Shown: positions 1 through 9,540 of the stretch, in pieces
Layout of the letters: the number at the start of each line of letters is the position of its first letter
How positions within the stretch are numbered: position 1 is the first letter of the stretch
Origin: an uncultured Fastidiosipila sp.
GTDB taxonomy: Bacteria; Bacillota; Clostridia; Saccharofermentanales; Fastidiosipilaceae
Direction: 5' to 3'
Length of the DNA: 64,000 nucleotides
Assembly: GCA_963510375.1 (NCBI GenBank)
Contig: CAUPES010000004.1
Coordinates: forward strand, 42,619 to 106,618
Notes under the pieces: model-generated
What the model saw: only the letters and a program-made list of their open reading frames with translations
What the model was told of the DNA's origin: nothing
The model's database searches: none
Translations under genes and position numbers: made by a program

Positions 1-1
1 T

Positions 2-250
2 TTCTTGATCGGCTATTAGGATAAAGCTTCCGCCATCCACATAGGATGGTCTTGGAATACTTTCTGTCTCACTTGAGTTTGTTGTTTCACTAGCATCAGA
101 TTCTTGCCCAGAACTTTCATCGCTTGTAATTCTATTTTTCTCACCATTGTTAGCGGATAATACCATTGCTGGTACGAGCATGTTTAACATCAGGGATGCA
201 CCCATAACCAAGCTTAAAGCTACAAGCTTATTCTTTATATTTCTGCTCAT
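2..250 (-). CDS. Secreted protein, N-terminal part only (runs off the window start); probably a partner of the adjacent ABC transporter
   Basis: Not in the ORF track. ATG at 250-248 after GGGGAG, 2 nt past the stop of the ABC ATPase. Reads MSRNIKNKLVALSLVMGASLMLNMLVPAMVLSANNGEKN..., a signal peptide followed by an S/E/T-rich linker, with no stop before the window edge. Confidence 0.75.
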   Translation of the reverse strand, partial: MSRNIKNKLVALSLVMGASLMLNMLVPAMVLSANNGEKNRITSDESSGQESDASETTNSSETESIPRPSYVDGGSFILIADQE

Positions 251-252
251 TT

Positions 253-1203
253 TTACTCCCCCTGTTCGGTTAGTTCAGTTTTTTCTGTTTGTATTGTTTG
301 TTCAGTTTGTTCAGTTTGTTCAATTCCTGTAATTTCTTCCCTCTCAGACTCTACGTTCTGCTGAGTTGTTTTAATATTTTCGTTTTGTTCTGCTTCTTTA
401 GGGAAGTTATTACTTTTTTCCGTTAGCTCAGACTTCTCGTCCATACGCTCCGTGGCAATCTCAGGTTCATTCTTGTCACTGTTTATTAACTCATATCTTT
501 TAGAACCTTGTTCGATACCTATAATTTTGCCGTCACTAATTCTAAAAATCCTATCTGCATATTGCGCCAAGTTGTCATCATGTGTGACCATAATTAAAGT
601 CTGATTCTGTTTCTTAACAATTTTTCGAATAAGTTCCATTGTCGCCATACTAGTCTTAGAGTCTAAGTTTCCCGTCGGCTCATCAGCGAAAATAATTTCA
701 GGTTTAACTGCCAAAGCTCTTGCTATACCGACACGCTGCTGCTGACCACCAGAGAGTTCATTGGCTTTGTGATAACGATGTTCATAAAGTCCTAAACTCT
801 TGAGGATTCTTACTGCAATTTTTTCACGCTTATCTCGACTTTCTCCTCTAAAAGTTAAAGGCAAAGCCACATTCTCAATGCAGTTCATAGTTTGAATTAG
901 GTTAAAAGATTGAAAAATAAACCCAACATTTTCTCTTCTGAATTTAACTAGCTCACTTTCGTTAAGACCAACTAAAGCCTTATTTCCAATGATAATTTCG
1001 CCTTTGCTCGGTGGTTCTAAACCAGCTAGCATATTCAGCAAAGTAGATTTACCAGAACCACTAGTTCCGACAATTGCGCAAAACTCACCACGTTCAACTT
1101 CGAAATTAACCCCAGCCAAAGCGTGAACATATTGCGTACCAACTTTATAAAGTTTATGCAGGTTTTTAACTTTAATAATTGTATTATCAGATTGGTCAAG
1201 CAT
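253..1203 (-). CDS. ABC transporter ATP-binding protein (LolD/MacB-type) with acidic C-terminal tail
   Basis: Walker A GTSGSGKST, signature LSGGQQQRV, Walker B IIFADEPTGNLD, VTHD; E/Q/T-rich tail. Confidence 0.93.
   Translation of the reverse strand: MLDQSDNTIIKVKNLHKLYKVGTQYVHALAGVNFEVERGEFCAIVGTSGSGKSTLLNMLAGLEPPSKGEIIIGNKALVGLNESELVKFRRENVGFIFQSFNLIQTMNCIENVALPLTFRGESRDKREKIAVRILKSLGLYEHRYHKANELSGGQQQRVGIARALAVKPEIIFADEPTGNLDSKTSMATMELIRKIVKKQNQTLIMVTHDDNLAQYADRIFRISDGKIIGIEQGSKRYELINSDKNEPEIATERMDEKSELTEKSNNFPKEAEQNENIKTTQQNVESEREEITGIEQTEQTEQTIQTEKTELTEQGE
262..327 (-). repeat. 9-nt coding tandem repeat (EQT)n at the end of the ABC ATPase
   Basis: Plus-strand gttcagttt/gttcaatt units; protein IEQTEQTEQTIQTEKTELTEQ. 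Confidence 0.75.
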
Positions 1204-1376
1204 TTCTCAAACACCCCTGTTAAAATCTAACTTGACTTTGTTTGCAAAGACTAATAATTAGAATCAGCTTTTACATTCAAGTTAAAATAATTTTACATCA
1301 CTATAACTCAAAAATACATTATCTAATTGTAAAATTTTTACGATGCCTATGGTGCATTTTTCTTCTTTAGGCAAAG

Positions 1377-2189
1377 CTAAGAAACAAGAAACTTCTCACG
1401 ATTAATTTTATTGGATACAAATATTAATAAGGCTATATCAATCAAAAGCAAAACTCCTGCCAAAATTATCTGCATCTCAAGCCCAAAATAGAATACACCA
1501 CTTACTTGAGAAATTACTAATGCCAATATTGGAAATGCAATTAAACTCGATATTGACTGAGCTGCTCTAGCAGTTTTTACTTTGAAAGATACGAGAATAA
1601 TTATCAATATACTAAGAACGGTCACTGCAGGAACTAGCAATATTGTCATAACTAACCAGTTAAGGTTTAAACTAATAGCATAGCCTAGAAAATATCTAGT
1701 AGCTGAATTAACTATGACAGCATAAATTACAATGCTCAAGGCTGTTATCAATATTGAGGGCACAAAGCTACCTAAAGCTTTGGCAATAATAAGTTCTGTA
1801 TTAGTAACTGGGGTATACATTAGGCCTTCAAGAGTTTTGTTTTCTTTTTCGCCTATGAAACTATATGATGCAATTACTGATGCTATCATCACTGGAATCA
1901 TCAAAAATATAGGTGCTAATAATATTGTTAAAGTAACTACAAGCATTTTAATTTCAGTACTTCCGACATCAGGCAAAACTTCATTTGGTAAAATACTCAA
2001 GAGTTTGTTCAAATCGCTACCATTATTTACCTCACCACTAAACTTGAAAATAATTATCAGCAATAATGGCATAAAGACTGAAATTATTAGTGGCAACAAA
2101 GTTATAGCGAGCATTGATTCTTTATCACTTATAACGTCTAAAATATCTTTTCTGGCTACAGCATATATTCTTTTATAATTCATTAGCAC
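1377..2189 (-). CDS. ABC-2 type exporter permease
   Basis: About six hydrophobic segments; motif FIGEKENKTLEGLMYTP; overlaps the upstream ATPase. Confidence 0.88.
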   Translation of the reverse strand: MLMNYKRIYAVARKDILDVISDKESMLAITLLPLIISVFMPLLLIIIFKFSGEVNNGSDLNKLLSILPNEVLPDVGSTEIKMLVVTLTILLAPIFLMIPVMIASVIASYSFIGEKENKTLEGLMYTPVTNTELIIAKALGSFVPSILITALSIVIYAVIVNSATRYFLGYAISLNLNWLVMTILLVPAVTVLSILIIILVSFKVKTARAAQSISSLIAFPILALVISQVSGVFYFGLEMQIILAGVLLLIDIALLIFVSNKINREKFLVS

Positions 2190-3177
2190 TCTCCTTCTTT
2201 AGCTGAGATGTCTTTGTACGATCTAAGTCAGCATCTTTTATCTTAGCGAAGTAAAGGTCATTTAAACTTCTTTCAATATGTTTAACTTCATAAATCTCAA
2301 TACCAGCTCGTACAAGTTTGTTTACCAGATCAGCTATTGCTGTTTCATTATCTAATTTAACTCTTGCTTCATTCATAGATATGAATTCATAATCATAATC
2401 ACTCAATATCGATGCAATAATTGGAGTTTCTGCAAATTTTATTACTACATCTTTGTTAGGAAATTCTTCCTGTATTAGCTCTTTTACTGAACCTTGAGCA
2501 ATAATCTCTCCTGATCTAATAATAGCCACATCATCAATAAGTAGCTCCAGTCCAAAAAGCTGATGTGTACACAAGAATATGCTCACTGACTCTTCTCTTA
2601 CCAAATGAACTAAATAATCAATAATCTTGGCATTACTCTCTGGGTCTAAGCCAGAAGTTGGTTCATCCAAGATCAGGAACTTAGGCTTCGCTAAAACTGC
2701 ACGTGCTAGAAGCAGTTTCTGTTTCATACCTTTACTCAGAGAAGCTACTTTTGATTTTGCTCTATCTGCAAGATCAAAGAAATCAAGGAGATCATTGATT
2801 CGTATTTGGAGTTCATGTTTAGGGATCTCATAAATTTGCCCCCAAATATTCAGGTTTTCAAATACTGATAAACGCTCATATAGGCTACCGTCATTTTGTA
2901 CTCCAATTCGGCTCCTGGCCTCATCACAATATGTTTTTGTAAGCTCTTCACCAAAAAGTCTGACTACACCTGAATCGGCTTTATACAACCCTGTCAACAA
3001 ACGAACAGTGGTTGTCTTGCCTGCGCCATTTGGGCCCAGTAAGGCAAAAGTTCTTCCTTTTCTTATCTCGAGAGACAAATTTTTGATAATAGGTCTATCG
3101 TCTATGGTTTTGTTAAGCTTATAAGCGGAGGCTATAATTTCAGGTGTAGTTTTGTCGTTTGTGTTTTTTGCGCTCAT
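2173..3177 (-). CDS. ABC exporter ATP-binding protein (DrrA/NatA-like)
   Basis: GPNGAGKTT, LSKGMKQK, LILDEPTSGLD. Confidence 0.92.
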   Translation of the reverse strand: MSAKNTNDKTTPEIIASAYKLNKTIDDRPIIKNLSLEIRKGRTFALLGPNGAGKTTTVRLLTGLYKADSGVVRLFGEELTKTYCDEARSRIGVQNDGSLYERLSVFENLNIWGQIYEIPKHELQIRINDLLDFFDLADRAKSKVASLSKGMKQKLLLARAVLAKPKFLILDEPTSGLDPESNAKIIDYLVHLVREESVSIFLCTHQLFGLELLIDDVAIIRSGEIIAQGSVKELIQEEFPNKDVVIKFAETPIIASILSDYDYEFISMNEARVKLDNETAIADLVNKLVRAGIEIYEVKHIERSLNDLYFAKIKDADLDRTKTSQLKKESANEL

Positions 3178-3327
3178 TTTTTGTTCTCCTTAAATCTGCC
3201 CAATTCTAAACTAACCAACATTCCCCTTAACTTAAGCTCACACTATAGTTAAGTTTATTAAATAGTTTTATTTTAAATATATTATATGATACGAGTTTTT
3301 ATTCTTCAAAAATATGGTAAAAAGAGC

Positions 3328-3355
3328 TTGACCTTTCAGTCTGTTGTATTAGAAT
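3328..3355 (+). promoter_or_regulatory. Putative sigma-A promoter for the trp leader/trpB transcript
   Basis: TTGACC (3328-3333), 16-nt spacer, TAGAAT (3350-3355). Confidence 0.55.
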
Positions 3356-3449
3356 TAATTTAATAGATTTAGTAATTATATGAGACTTAATATTTTATAA
3401 GATTTAATACTTTATGAGATTATAAGATTTTTTGAAAGGAGATCACACG

Positions 3450-3494
3450 ATGTTCCAAACAATTTACATCTGGCAAAGCTGGCGTAGCATGTGA
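3450..3494 (+). CDS. trpL: Trp leader peptide MFQTIYIWQSWRSM (14 aa)
   Basis: GAAAGGAG 8 nt before the ATG; two TGG codons (3471, 3480); upstream of trpB and followed by attenuator hairpins. Confidence 0.85.
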   Translation: MFQTIYIWQSWRSM

Positions 3495-3597
3495 GATGAC
3501 TTTAAACGGTTAGGCTCACTATTATTCATGGATAAATGAGGAGTCTATGCCGGGTGTGATCTTAGTATTACCGCATAGAAGATATGCGGTTTTTTTA
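3491..3597 (+). promoter_or_regulatory. Transcription attenuator with alternative hairpins and an intrinsic terminator
   Basis: Terminator ACCGCATA(3570-77)/TATGCGGT(3583-90) plus T run; antiterminator TCTATGCCGG(3544-53)/CCGCATAGA(3571-79); TAGGCTC(3511-17)/GAGTCTA(3541-47); GTGAG(3491-95)/CTCAC(3515-19). Confidence 0.8.
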
Positions 3598-3653
3598 TAC
3601 CTGATTTCTAGGCTCCAGTAGGACAAGACAGCAAATATAAGGAGCTTAAGAAA

Positions 3654-4853
3654 ATGGAAAACAAAAAGGGTTTTTATGGCAAATTTGGTGGAAGTTATGT
3701 TCCAGAGGCAATACAAAAAGAATTAGATAGAATAGCAGAGTATTATGAGGCGCTAAAAGATGATAAAGACTTTAGAGCAGAATTAGATTACTATCTCCGA
3801 GATTATGTCGGGCGCAAATCTCCACTGTATTTCGCAGAAGGTTTAACAAAGAAATTAGGCGGCGCCAAAATTTACCTCAAGCGTGAGGACTTAAACCACC
3901 TAGGTGCACATAAGATTAATAATGCTATTGGTCAAGTCTTACTAGCTAAGAGAATGGGCAAAACTAGGCTAATCGCTGAAACAGGAGCTGGGCAACACGG
4001 TGTAGCCACTGCAGCAGTTGCAGCAAAATTCGGAATGGATTGCACCGTTTATATGGGCAAAAAAGATGTGAAACGCCAAAAACTCAATGTCTTCCGCATG
4101 GAATTAATGGGCACCAAAGTTGTATCAGTAGAAAAAGGTGGACAATCTTTAACAGAAGCTGTCGATTGTGCTTTCGAAGATCTTACAGAAAATCTTGATA
4201 ACACCTTCTATTTAATTGGATCAGCAGTTGGCCCTCATCCTTACCCGGCAATGGTCAAAGATTTCCAATCTGTAATTAGCAAAGAAATGAAAGAGCAAAT
4301 CTTAGAAAAAGAAGGTCGCTTACCAGATGCTGTCGTAGCCTGTGTAGGTGGTGGGTCTAATTCCATTGGAGCATTTGCGAATTTCATTGAGGACGAGTCT
4401 GTTCAATTATATGGTGCTGAAGGCGGCGGAAAAGGTACTAACACTCTCGAAACCTCCGCAACTTTATCCGTTGGGAAAGTCATGATAGAACATGGTATGA
4501 ACACTTACGTAATCGCTGACGGAGAAGGCAACATGCGTCCTACCTACTCTATCTCTGCTGGACTAGACTATGTAGCTGTCGGTCCTGAGCATGCTTACTT
4601 GAAAGACACTAATAGAGCCCAATATCTTGCTATAACTGATGATGAAGCTCTCGAAGCTTTCCAAATTCTCTGTGCAACAGAAGGTATAATTCCTGCTCTA
4701 GAGTCATCACACGCTTTAGCATTGGCTATTAAATTAGCACCTACTATGAAAAAAGATAAGATTATTATTGTCAATCTATCTGGTCGTGGTGATAAAGATG
4801 TTGCACAGGTTTTAGATATTCTGAAGGATAAGGGGAAAAGTAGTAAAGGTTAA
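3654..4853 (+). CDS. trpB: Tryptophan synthase beta subunit (stand-alone, no adjacent trpA)
   Basis: [13 protein letters not shown] lysine motif [45 protein letters not shown]. Confidence 0.97.
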   Translation: MENKKGFYGKFGGSYVPEAIQKELDRIAEYYEALKDDKDFRAELDYYLRDYVGRKSPLYFAEGLTKKLGGAKIYLKREDLNHLGAHKINNAIGQVLLAKRMGKTRLIAETGAGQHGVATAAVAAKFGMDCTVYMGKKDVKRQKLNVFRMELMGTKVVSVEKGGQSLTEAVDCAFEDLTENLDNTFYLIGSAVGPHPYPAMVKDFQSVISKEMKEQILEKEGRLPDAVVACVGGGSNSIGAFANFIEDESVQLYGAEGGGKGTNTLETSATLSVGKVMIEHGMNTYVIADGEGNMRPTYSISAGLDYVAVGPEHAYLKDTNRAQYLAITDDEALEAFQILCATEGIIPALESSHALALAIKLAPTMKKDKIIIVNLSGRGDKDVAQVLDILKDKGKSSKG

Positions 4854-4862
4854 GAATATAAT

Positions 4863-4898
4863 AAAGCCCTTTGCCAATAGAAATTTGGTAAAGGACTT
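4863..4898 (+). terminator. Probable terminator after trpB
   Basis: Imperfect inverted repeat AAAGCCCTTTGCCAA...TTGGTAAAGGACTTT. Confidence 0.55.
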
Positions 4899-5121
4899 TG
4901 TACTTTTTGCTCAGATGAGATAAAAATATCTAATTAAGTAACAGCATAAATTTTCAAAAAATATAATTAAAATCTTATTCTATTTTTAATCAATTTACTA
5001 TCAAAGCTATCGAACTGACTAAAATCATTTTTTTGTGTAGTGTCAATTGCATAATCATGTTTATCTCTTACACCTATAAATTATCTTTATACAAATTAAG
5101 TTTAAATCACTTTTCTACACA

Positions 5122-6252
5122 TCACGCGAAACAATTTTCAACAATTTCCAACATTTGTCCCCAAACATTTTCCATTTCTTTAACTAATTTAAATTGAGTT
5201 CTACATCTATCTAAGTTGTGCTGTGGTCTATCCTTGCTCACATTGAAATAAATATCACCATCGAGGTAGTCTGTCAAAAATCTAATTCCACATTCAAGTG
5301 TCATTAACTTTGCACCCCAAGGCAAGGATTTAATCTCAGCCTCGTTAAGCGTTCCCTTACTACTCTCAGCATAACCTCCGGTATATACTTCGAATAAATT
5401 GAGAGCAAATTTAACTTTAGATAAATCTTGTTCATCCTCCGCTGCCGTATTGGCACCAAATCTTATAGAATCGCCAAAATCATAAGCACATAAACCTGGC
5501 ATTACCGTATCAAGATCAATGACACAAATACCTTTGTCAGTTGTTTTATCAAATAAAATATTATTTAATTTTGTGTCATTATGAGTAACCTTTAAAGGCA
5601 AAGTTCCATTTTCTAATTGCTCAAGCAACACACTACAGTCTGCAACACGCTCTTCTACGAAACTCAATTCTGCTACAACATCTTTAACCCTATCCAGTTT
5701 GTCTGCTTCTACAGATTTTTGCAAATTGTTCAAACGATCAACTGTATTGTGGAAATTTTTTATTGTCTCGTAAAGTTCTCCTGCTGGAAAGTCTGCCAGC
5801 AGTGCTTGGAATCTCCCAAAAGTTCTCGCACTTTCGTAAAACTGATCCTCACTCTCAACTTTAGATAGACAATATGTACCTTCAACGAAATCGTACAATC
5901 TCCAATTCTCGAAATTAGAATCTGTGAAATAGAGTTGGCCTGATCTTGTACATATAAGCTTCATTGCTTCTCTGCTTGCATCTCCAGCATTTGCTTTTAC
6001 TTTTTTCTGTAGAAAAGATGTCACTTTACTTATATTTAGCATAAGTTCATCAGTGTTTTTGAAAGCTACAGAGCTTATTCTTTGAAGTATATATCGTTTG
6101 GCTTCGCCAGAGTCCAATTGTGTATATACACAAAAAGTATCGTTTATATGCCCATCACCGTATCTTAAAACTCTGACCAATTTGCCCTCCAGAGGGAAAG
6201 CCTCCAGCGCTTCATTTAAGTTAGTTTCCGCTTCAACTCTCATATTTCTCAC
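5122..6252 (-). CDS. APH-fold sugar kinase, N-acetylhexosamine 1-kinase (NahK/LnpB)-like
   Basis: YGDGHINDTF, YILQRI, ETIKNFHNT, THNDTKLNNILFD, VIDLDTVMPG, DFGDSIR, RFLTDYL, HNLDRCRTQ. Confidence 0.8.
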   Translation of the reverse strand: MRNMRVEAETNLNEALEAFPLEGKLVRVLRYGDGHINDTFCVYTQLDSGEAKRYILQRISSVAFKNTDELMLNISKVTSFLQKKVKANAGDASREAMKLICTRSGQLYFTDSNFENWRLYDFVEGTYCLSKVESEDQFYESARTFGRFQALLADFPAGELYETIKNFHNTVDRLNNLQKSVEADKLDRVKDVVAELSFVEERVADCSVLLEQLENGTLPLKVTHNDTKLNNILFDKTTDKGICVIDLDTVMPGLCAYDFGDSIRFGANTAAEDEQDLSKVKFALNLFEVYTGGYAESSKGTLNEAEIKSLPWGAKLMTLECGIRFLTDYLDGDIYFNVSKDRPQHNLDRCRTQFKLVKEMENVWGQMLEIVENCFA

Positions 6253-6545
6253 CTTATTAACTTTGTCCTCTAAATCCCTTAATTTTGTAGTACTATTTTA
6301 TTGACTCTAATATTCTTGCATTCAATTTTAGCATTGTCATAATTCACATGTGCATAATATTCAAATTCAAGCTATTTTATCCTGCTTGTGCAAAAACTAA
6401 ATATCCTTACTTACTTGCATATTACTTAGATTTTCATATATAATTAGCTGAAATTTATTCTGATTAACTTTCGGATTAAAGGGTCAACAGGTATTTACAT
6501 GAGGGAATGCACTTAATTAGTAATTGTATAGTTTTAGGAGCAAGT

Positions 6546-7604
6546 ATGATTAAGCTAAAAAATGTGTCAGTACATTTTCCCAAAGCATTAAATGATTCTC
6601 ATAATGAGAATGATAGAATTTTGCACGCAGTTAATGATGTTAACTTGGATATTGAAGCTGGCGAAATCTACGGAATTATTGGTTATTCTGGAGCGGGCAA
6701 AAGCACACTTCTACGTGTGATTAATCAGCTGCAAAAACAAAATTCAGGACAAGTTTTTATTAATGGTACAGAAATTTCTAATTTAAGTAATAAAGACCTG
6801 AATCAAGTCCGCAAAAAAATAGGAATGATTTTTCAACATTTTAATCTCCTTAAACAACTAACAGTGGCTGAAAATATAGCTTTCCCACTAAAACAAAGCA
6901 AAATGAGTGCTGCAGAAATCAACAGAAAAGTTGATGAATTATTGGATCTTGTAGGTCTAAGCAGTCATAAAAATTATTATCCAGTTCAACTTTCTGGTGG
7001 GCAAAGACAAAGAGTATCTATAGCAAGAGCTTTAGCAAATAATCCTGAAATACTTCTATCTGATGAAGCAACCAGTGCTTTGGACCCTAGAACTACTGAG
7101 TCAATTCTAAATCTACTCAAAGAAATCAACAAAAAAACTGGTATCACTATTGTTTTAATTACTCACGAGATGTCTGTCATTAAAGATATTTGTGACAGAG
7201 TGGCTGTTATGCAAAACGGGGAAATCATAGAAGAGGGTAAAGTCTTTGATGTCTTTACCAACCCTCAAACTGCTTTAAGCAAGGAGTTCATCCAGTCAGC
7301 AAGTTCTACCGAACAAGGTTTAGCTAAGTTACTGTCGAGGCCGGAAACTATTAACATCAACCCTAATGACAAGTTAATCCGCATAGATTTCGCTGGTGAA
7401 AGCGCTCAAGAACCTTTGATTGCGAATTTAGCAAGTAAGTATAATGTCACACTTAGTATCCTCTTTGGCAACATTGAAATTATTCAGGATAAGCCTGTAG
7501 GTACTTTACTCGTGTCACTTTCTGGTTCCACTAATAACCTTGACAACGCTTTAAAGTATTTTGTCTCTGAGAATATTAGTTTTAAAGAAATTAATTTACA
7601 TTGA
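6546..7604 (+). CDS. metN: Methionine ABC transporter ATP-binding protein (C-terminal NIL domain)
   Basis: GYSGAGKST, IGMIFQHFNLL, LSDEATSALDP; start set at ATG 6546 after AGGAG. Confidence 0.93.
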   Translation: MIKLKNVSVHFPKALNDSHNENDRILHAVNDVNLDIEAGEIYGIIGYSGAGKSTLLRVINQLQKQNSGQVFINGTEISNLSNKDLNQVRKKIGMIFQHFNLLKQLTVAENIAFPLKQSKMSAAEINRKVDELLDLVGLSSHKNYYPVQLSGGQRQRVSIARALANNPEILLSDEATSALDPRTTESILNLLKEINKKTGITIVLITHEMSVIKDICDRVAVMQNGEIIEEGKVFDVFTNPQTALSKEFIQSASSTEQGLAKLLSRPETININPNDKLIRIDFAGESAQEPLIANLASKYNVTLSILFGNIEIIQDKPVGTLLVSLSGSTNNLDNALKYFVSENISFKEINLH

Positions 7605-7653
7605 TAAAATAGTTTTAACCCAGCTTTTAACCGACTGACAAGGAGAAAATTAA

Positions 7654-8358
7654 ATGCAAAACCTGCAAAAATTTTTGGAACAAATTATCCCAAATGTATT
7701 AACAATACCTGGCGAATTTATCCAAGCAAGTTTGGAAACTATCTTTATGACTTTCGTTACAGCACTAATTGCCTTCCCTTTAGGCCTTGGTCTTGGTGTA
7801 TTGTTAATCTTAACCATGCCTGGAGGGTTGAAGGATAATCCTAGACTGTATAAATTTTTAGACAAAGTTGTAAATATATTTCGTTCTATACCCTTTGTTA
7901 TTTTAATAGCACTTTTGGTCGGTGTAACTAGATTTGTAGTTGGAAGATCTACAGGAACTTCGGCAACAATAGTCCCTCTAGTAGTTTCTACAATTCCTTT
8001 CTATGCCAGACAAATTCAGAATACTTTAATTCTCCTGGATAAAAATGTTATAGAAGCAGCTCAAAGTATGGGGCTTGGTACAAACCAAATCGTGTTTAAA
8101 GTTTATATTAAAGAAGCCTTGCCAGATATTATCAGGGTCTCTGCTGTTTCTTTAATTAGCGTTATTGGTCTTACGGCGATGGCTGGTACTGTTGCTGGTG
8201 GAGGTCTAGGAGATTTAGCAATTACCAGAGGTTACAACAGACATAATCATGATGTTACAATTGTCGCAACTATTCTGATTTTATTGATTGTTTTTGTAAT
8301 TCAAGTTTTAGCTGACAAAATAGCTGATAAAATTGATCATTCAAAAAATAAAAAGTGA
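7654..8358 (+). CDS. metI: Methionine ABC transporter permease
   Basis: VNIFRSIPFVIL, EAAQSMG, AMAGTVAGGGLG. Confidence 0.92.
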   Translation: MQNLQKFLEQIIPNVLTIPGEFIQASLETIFMTFVTALIAFPLGLGLGVLLILTMPGGLKDNPRLYKFLDKVVNIFRSIPFVILIALLVGVTRFVVGRSTGTSATIVPLVVSTIPFYARQIQNTLILLDKNVIEAAQSMGLGTNQIVFKVYIKEALPDIIRVSAVSLISVIGLTAMAGTVAGGGLGDLAITRGYNRHNHDVTIVATILILLIVFVIQVLADKIADKIDHSKNKK

Positions 8359-8384
8359 TAAAAGGACAACAGGAGGTAACGCAA

Positions 8385-9254
8385 GTGAAAAAAACTATCA
8401 AGAAATTTACAATTTATGCATTAACAATAGTTAGTGCAATCACATTAGTAGCCTGCCAAAACAGCAGTAAGAAAACCTTTACTATTGGCGTTGTTGGTGA
8501 TGTCGAACGTGAAGTCTGGGAAGATGTTGAGAAGCGTCTAGAAGCTGATGGAGAGGATATCAAGTTAGAAGTCTTTTCTGATTATGTCATGCCTAACCAA
8601 GCTTTAGCCGATGGTAGTATAGATATGAATGCTTTCCAACATGTTGCTTATTTAGTAGATTATGTAAAAGCTAATAAGTCAGAACTTGTGCCTGTAGGTT
8701 ATACATACATCTCTCCTATGGCTGCTTATTCTGAGAAAATAAAAAACCTAAATGAACTTAAAGATGGTGACGAAGTCATTATTCCTAACGACCCTACAAA
8801 TGGTGGACGTGCTTTACTATTGCTAGAACAAGCCGGCGTTCTAGAGATAGATGATAAAGCTGGCATTACTCCAAGCACTTCCGATATAGTCAGCAATCCA
8901 AAAAACATTAAAATAACAAGTATTGATGCTGCTCAAATCTTTATTGGTATCAAAGATGTAGCTGCTGTCGTAGCTAACACAAATTTTGCAGTTGATGCAG
9001 GTCTAAATCCTTATAAAGATGGTATCTTTGTAGATACTGATAATATTGCTGCTGTTGCCAGCCAATATAAAAACGTAATGGCCGTTAAAGCAAAAGATAA
9101 AGACAGCGAAATTGTTGCCAAAATTGTTGCAGCTTATCAATCTGCAGCCACGGAAGCAAAAATAAAGGAAGTCTCAGCAGGAGCCGACCAAAAAGCTTGG
9201 TCAGATAAAGATGACATAGCTGCAGATTTTAAAACTGTTTTAAATCAGAAATAG
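8385..9254 (+). CDS. metQ: Methionine-binding lipoprotein (MetQ/NlpA)
   Basis: Lipobox LVAC; FSDYVMPNQAL, NAFQH, IPNDPTNGGRALLLL; GTG start at 8385 after AGGAGG. Confidence 0.92.
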   Translation: MKKTIKKFTIYALTIVSAITLVACQNSSKKTFTIGVVGDVEREVWEDVEKRLEADGEDIKLEVFSDYVMPNQALADGSIDMNAFQHVAYLVDYVKANKSELVPVGYTYISPMAAYSEKIKNLNELKDGDEVIIPNDPTNGGRALLLLEQAGVLEIDDKAGITPSTSDIVSNPKNIKITSIDAAQIFIGIKDVAAVVANTNFAVDAGLNPYKDGIFVDTDNIAAVASQYKNVMAVKAKDKDSEIVAKIVAAYQSAATEAKIKEVSAGADQKAWSDKDDIAADFKTVLNQK

Positions 9255-9289
9255 TTATTTATCATATAAAAAATAACTATATAAATTCC

Positions 9290-9326
9290 AAGCTCCATTA
9301 ACTTTTAAGTTTACGGAGCTTTTTTC
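9290..9326 (+). terminator. Intrinsic terminator after metQ
   Basis: AAGCTCC...GGAGCTT followed by a T run. Confidence 0.7.
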
Positions 9327-9540
9327 TTCTAGGTTAGCAACTATTTTTCCATATTGTCTTATATAAATTAATTTCATTTCAAAGATCCAATATTTTACTA
9401 TTTTTTTCAATAAAACTTGTCAAGTTCAACAAATTTTCTAAAATCTTCAAAAAACATTATCGTTCGTAATTTGCTTATGTTATAGTGTCACTTGTTAGTT
9501 AATTGTTCGTCATTAAGGCGTATTTTAGAAAGGGATTTGC

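Noticed and set aside
6440..6545. S-box, SMK or Met T-box upstream of metN
   Set aside because: The leader is short with only weak hairpins, no recognisable consensus and no terminator.
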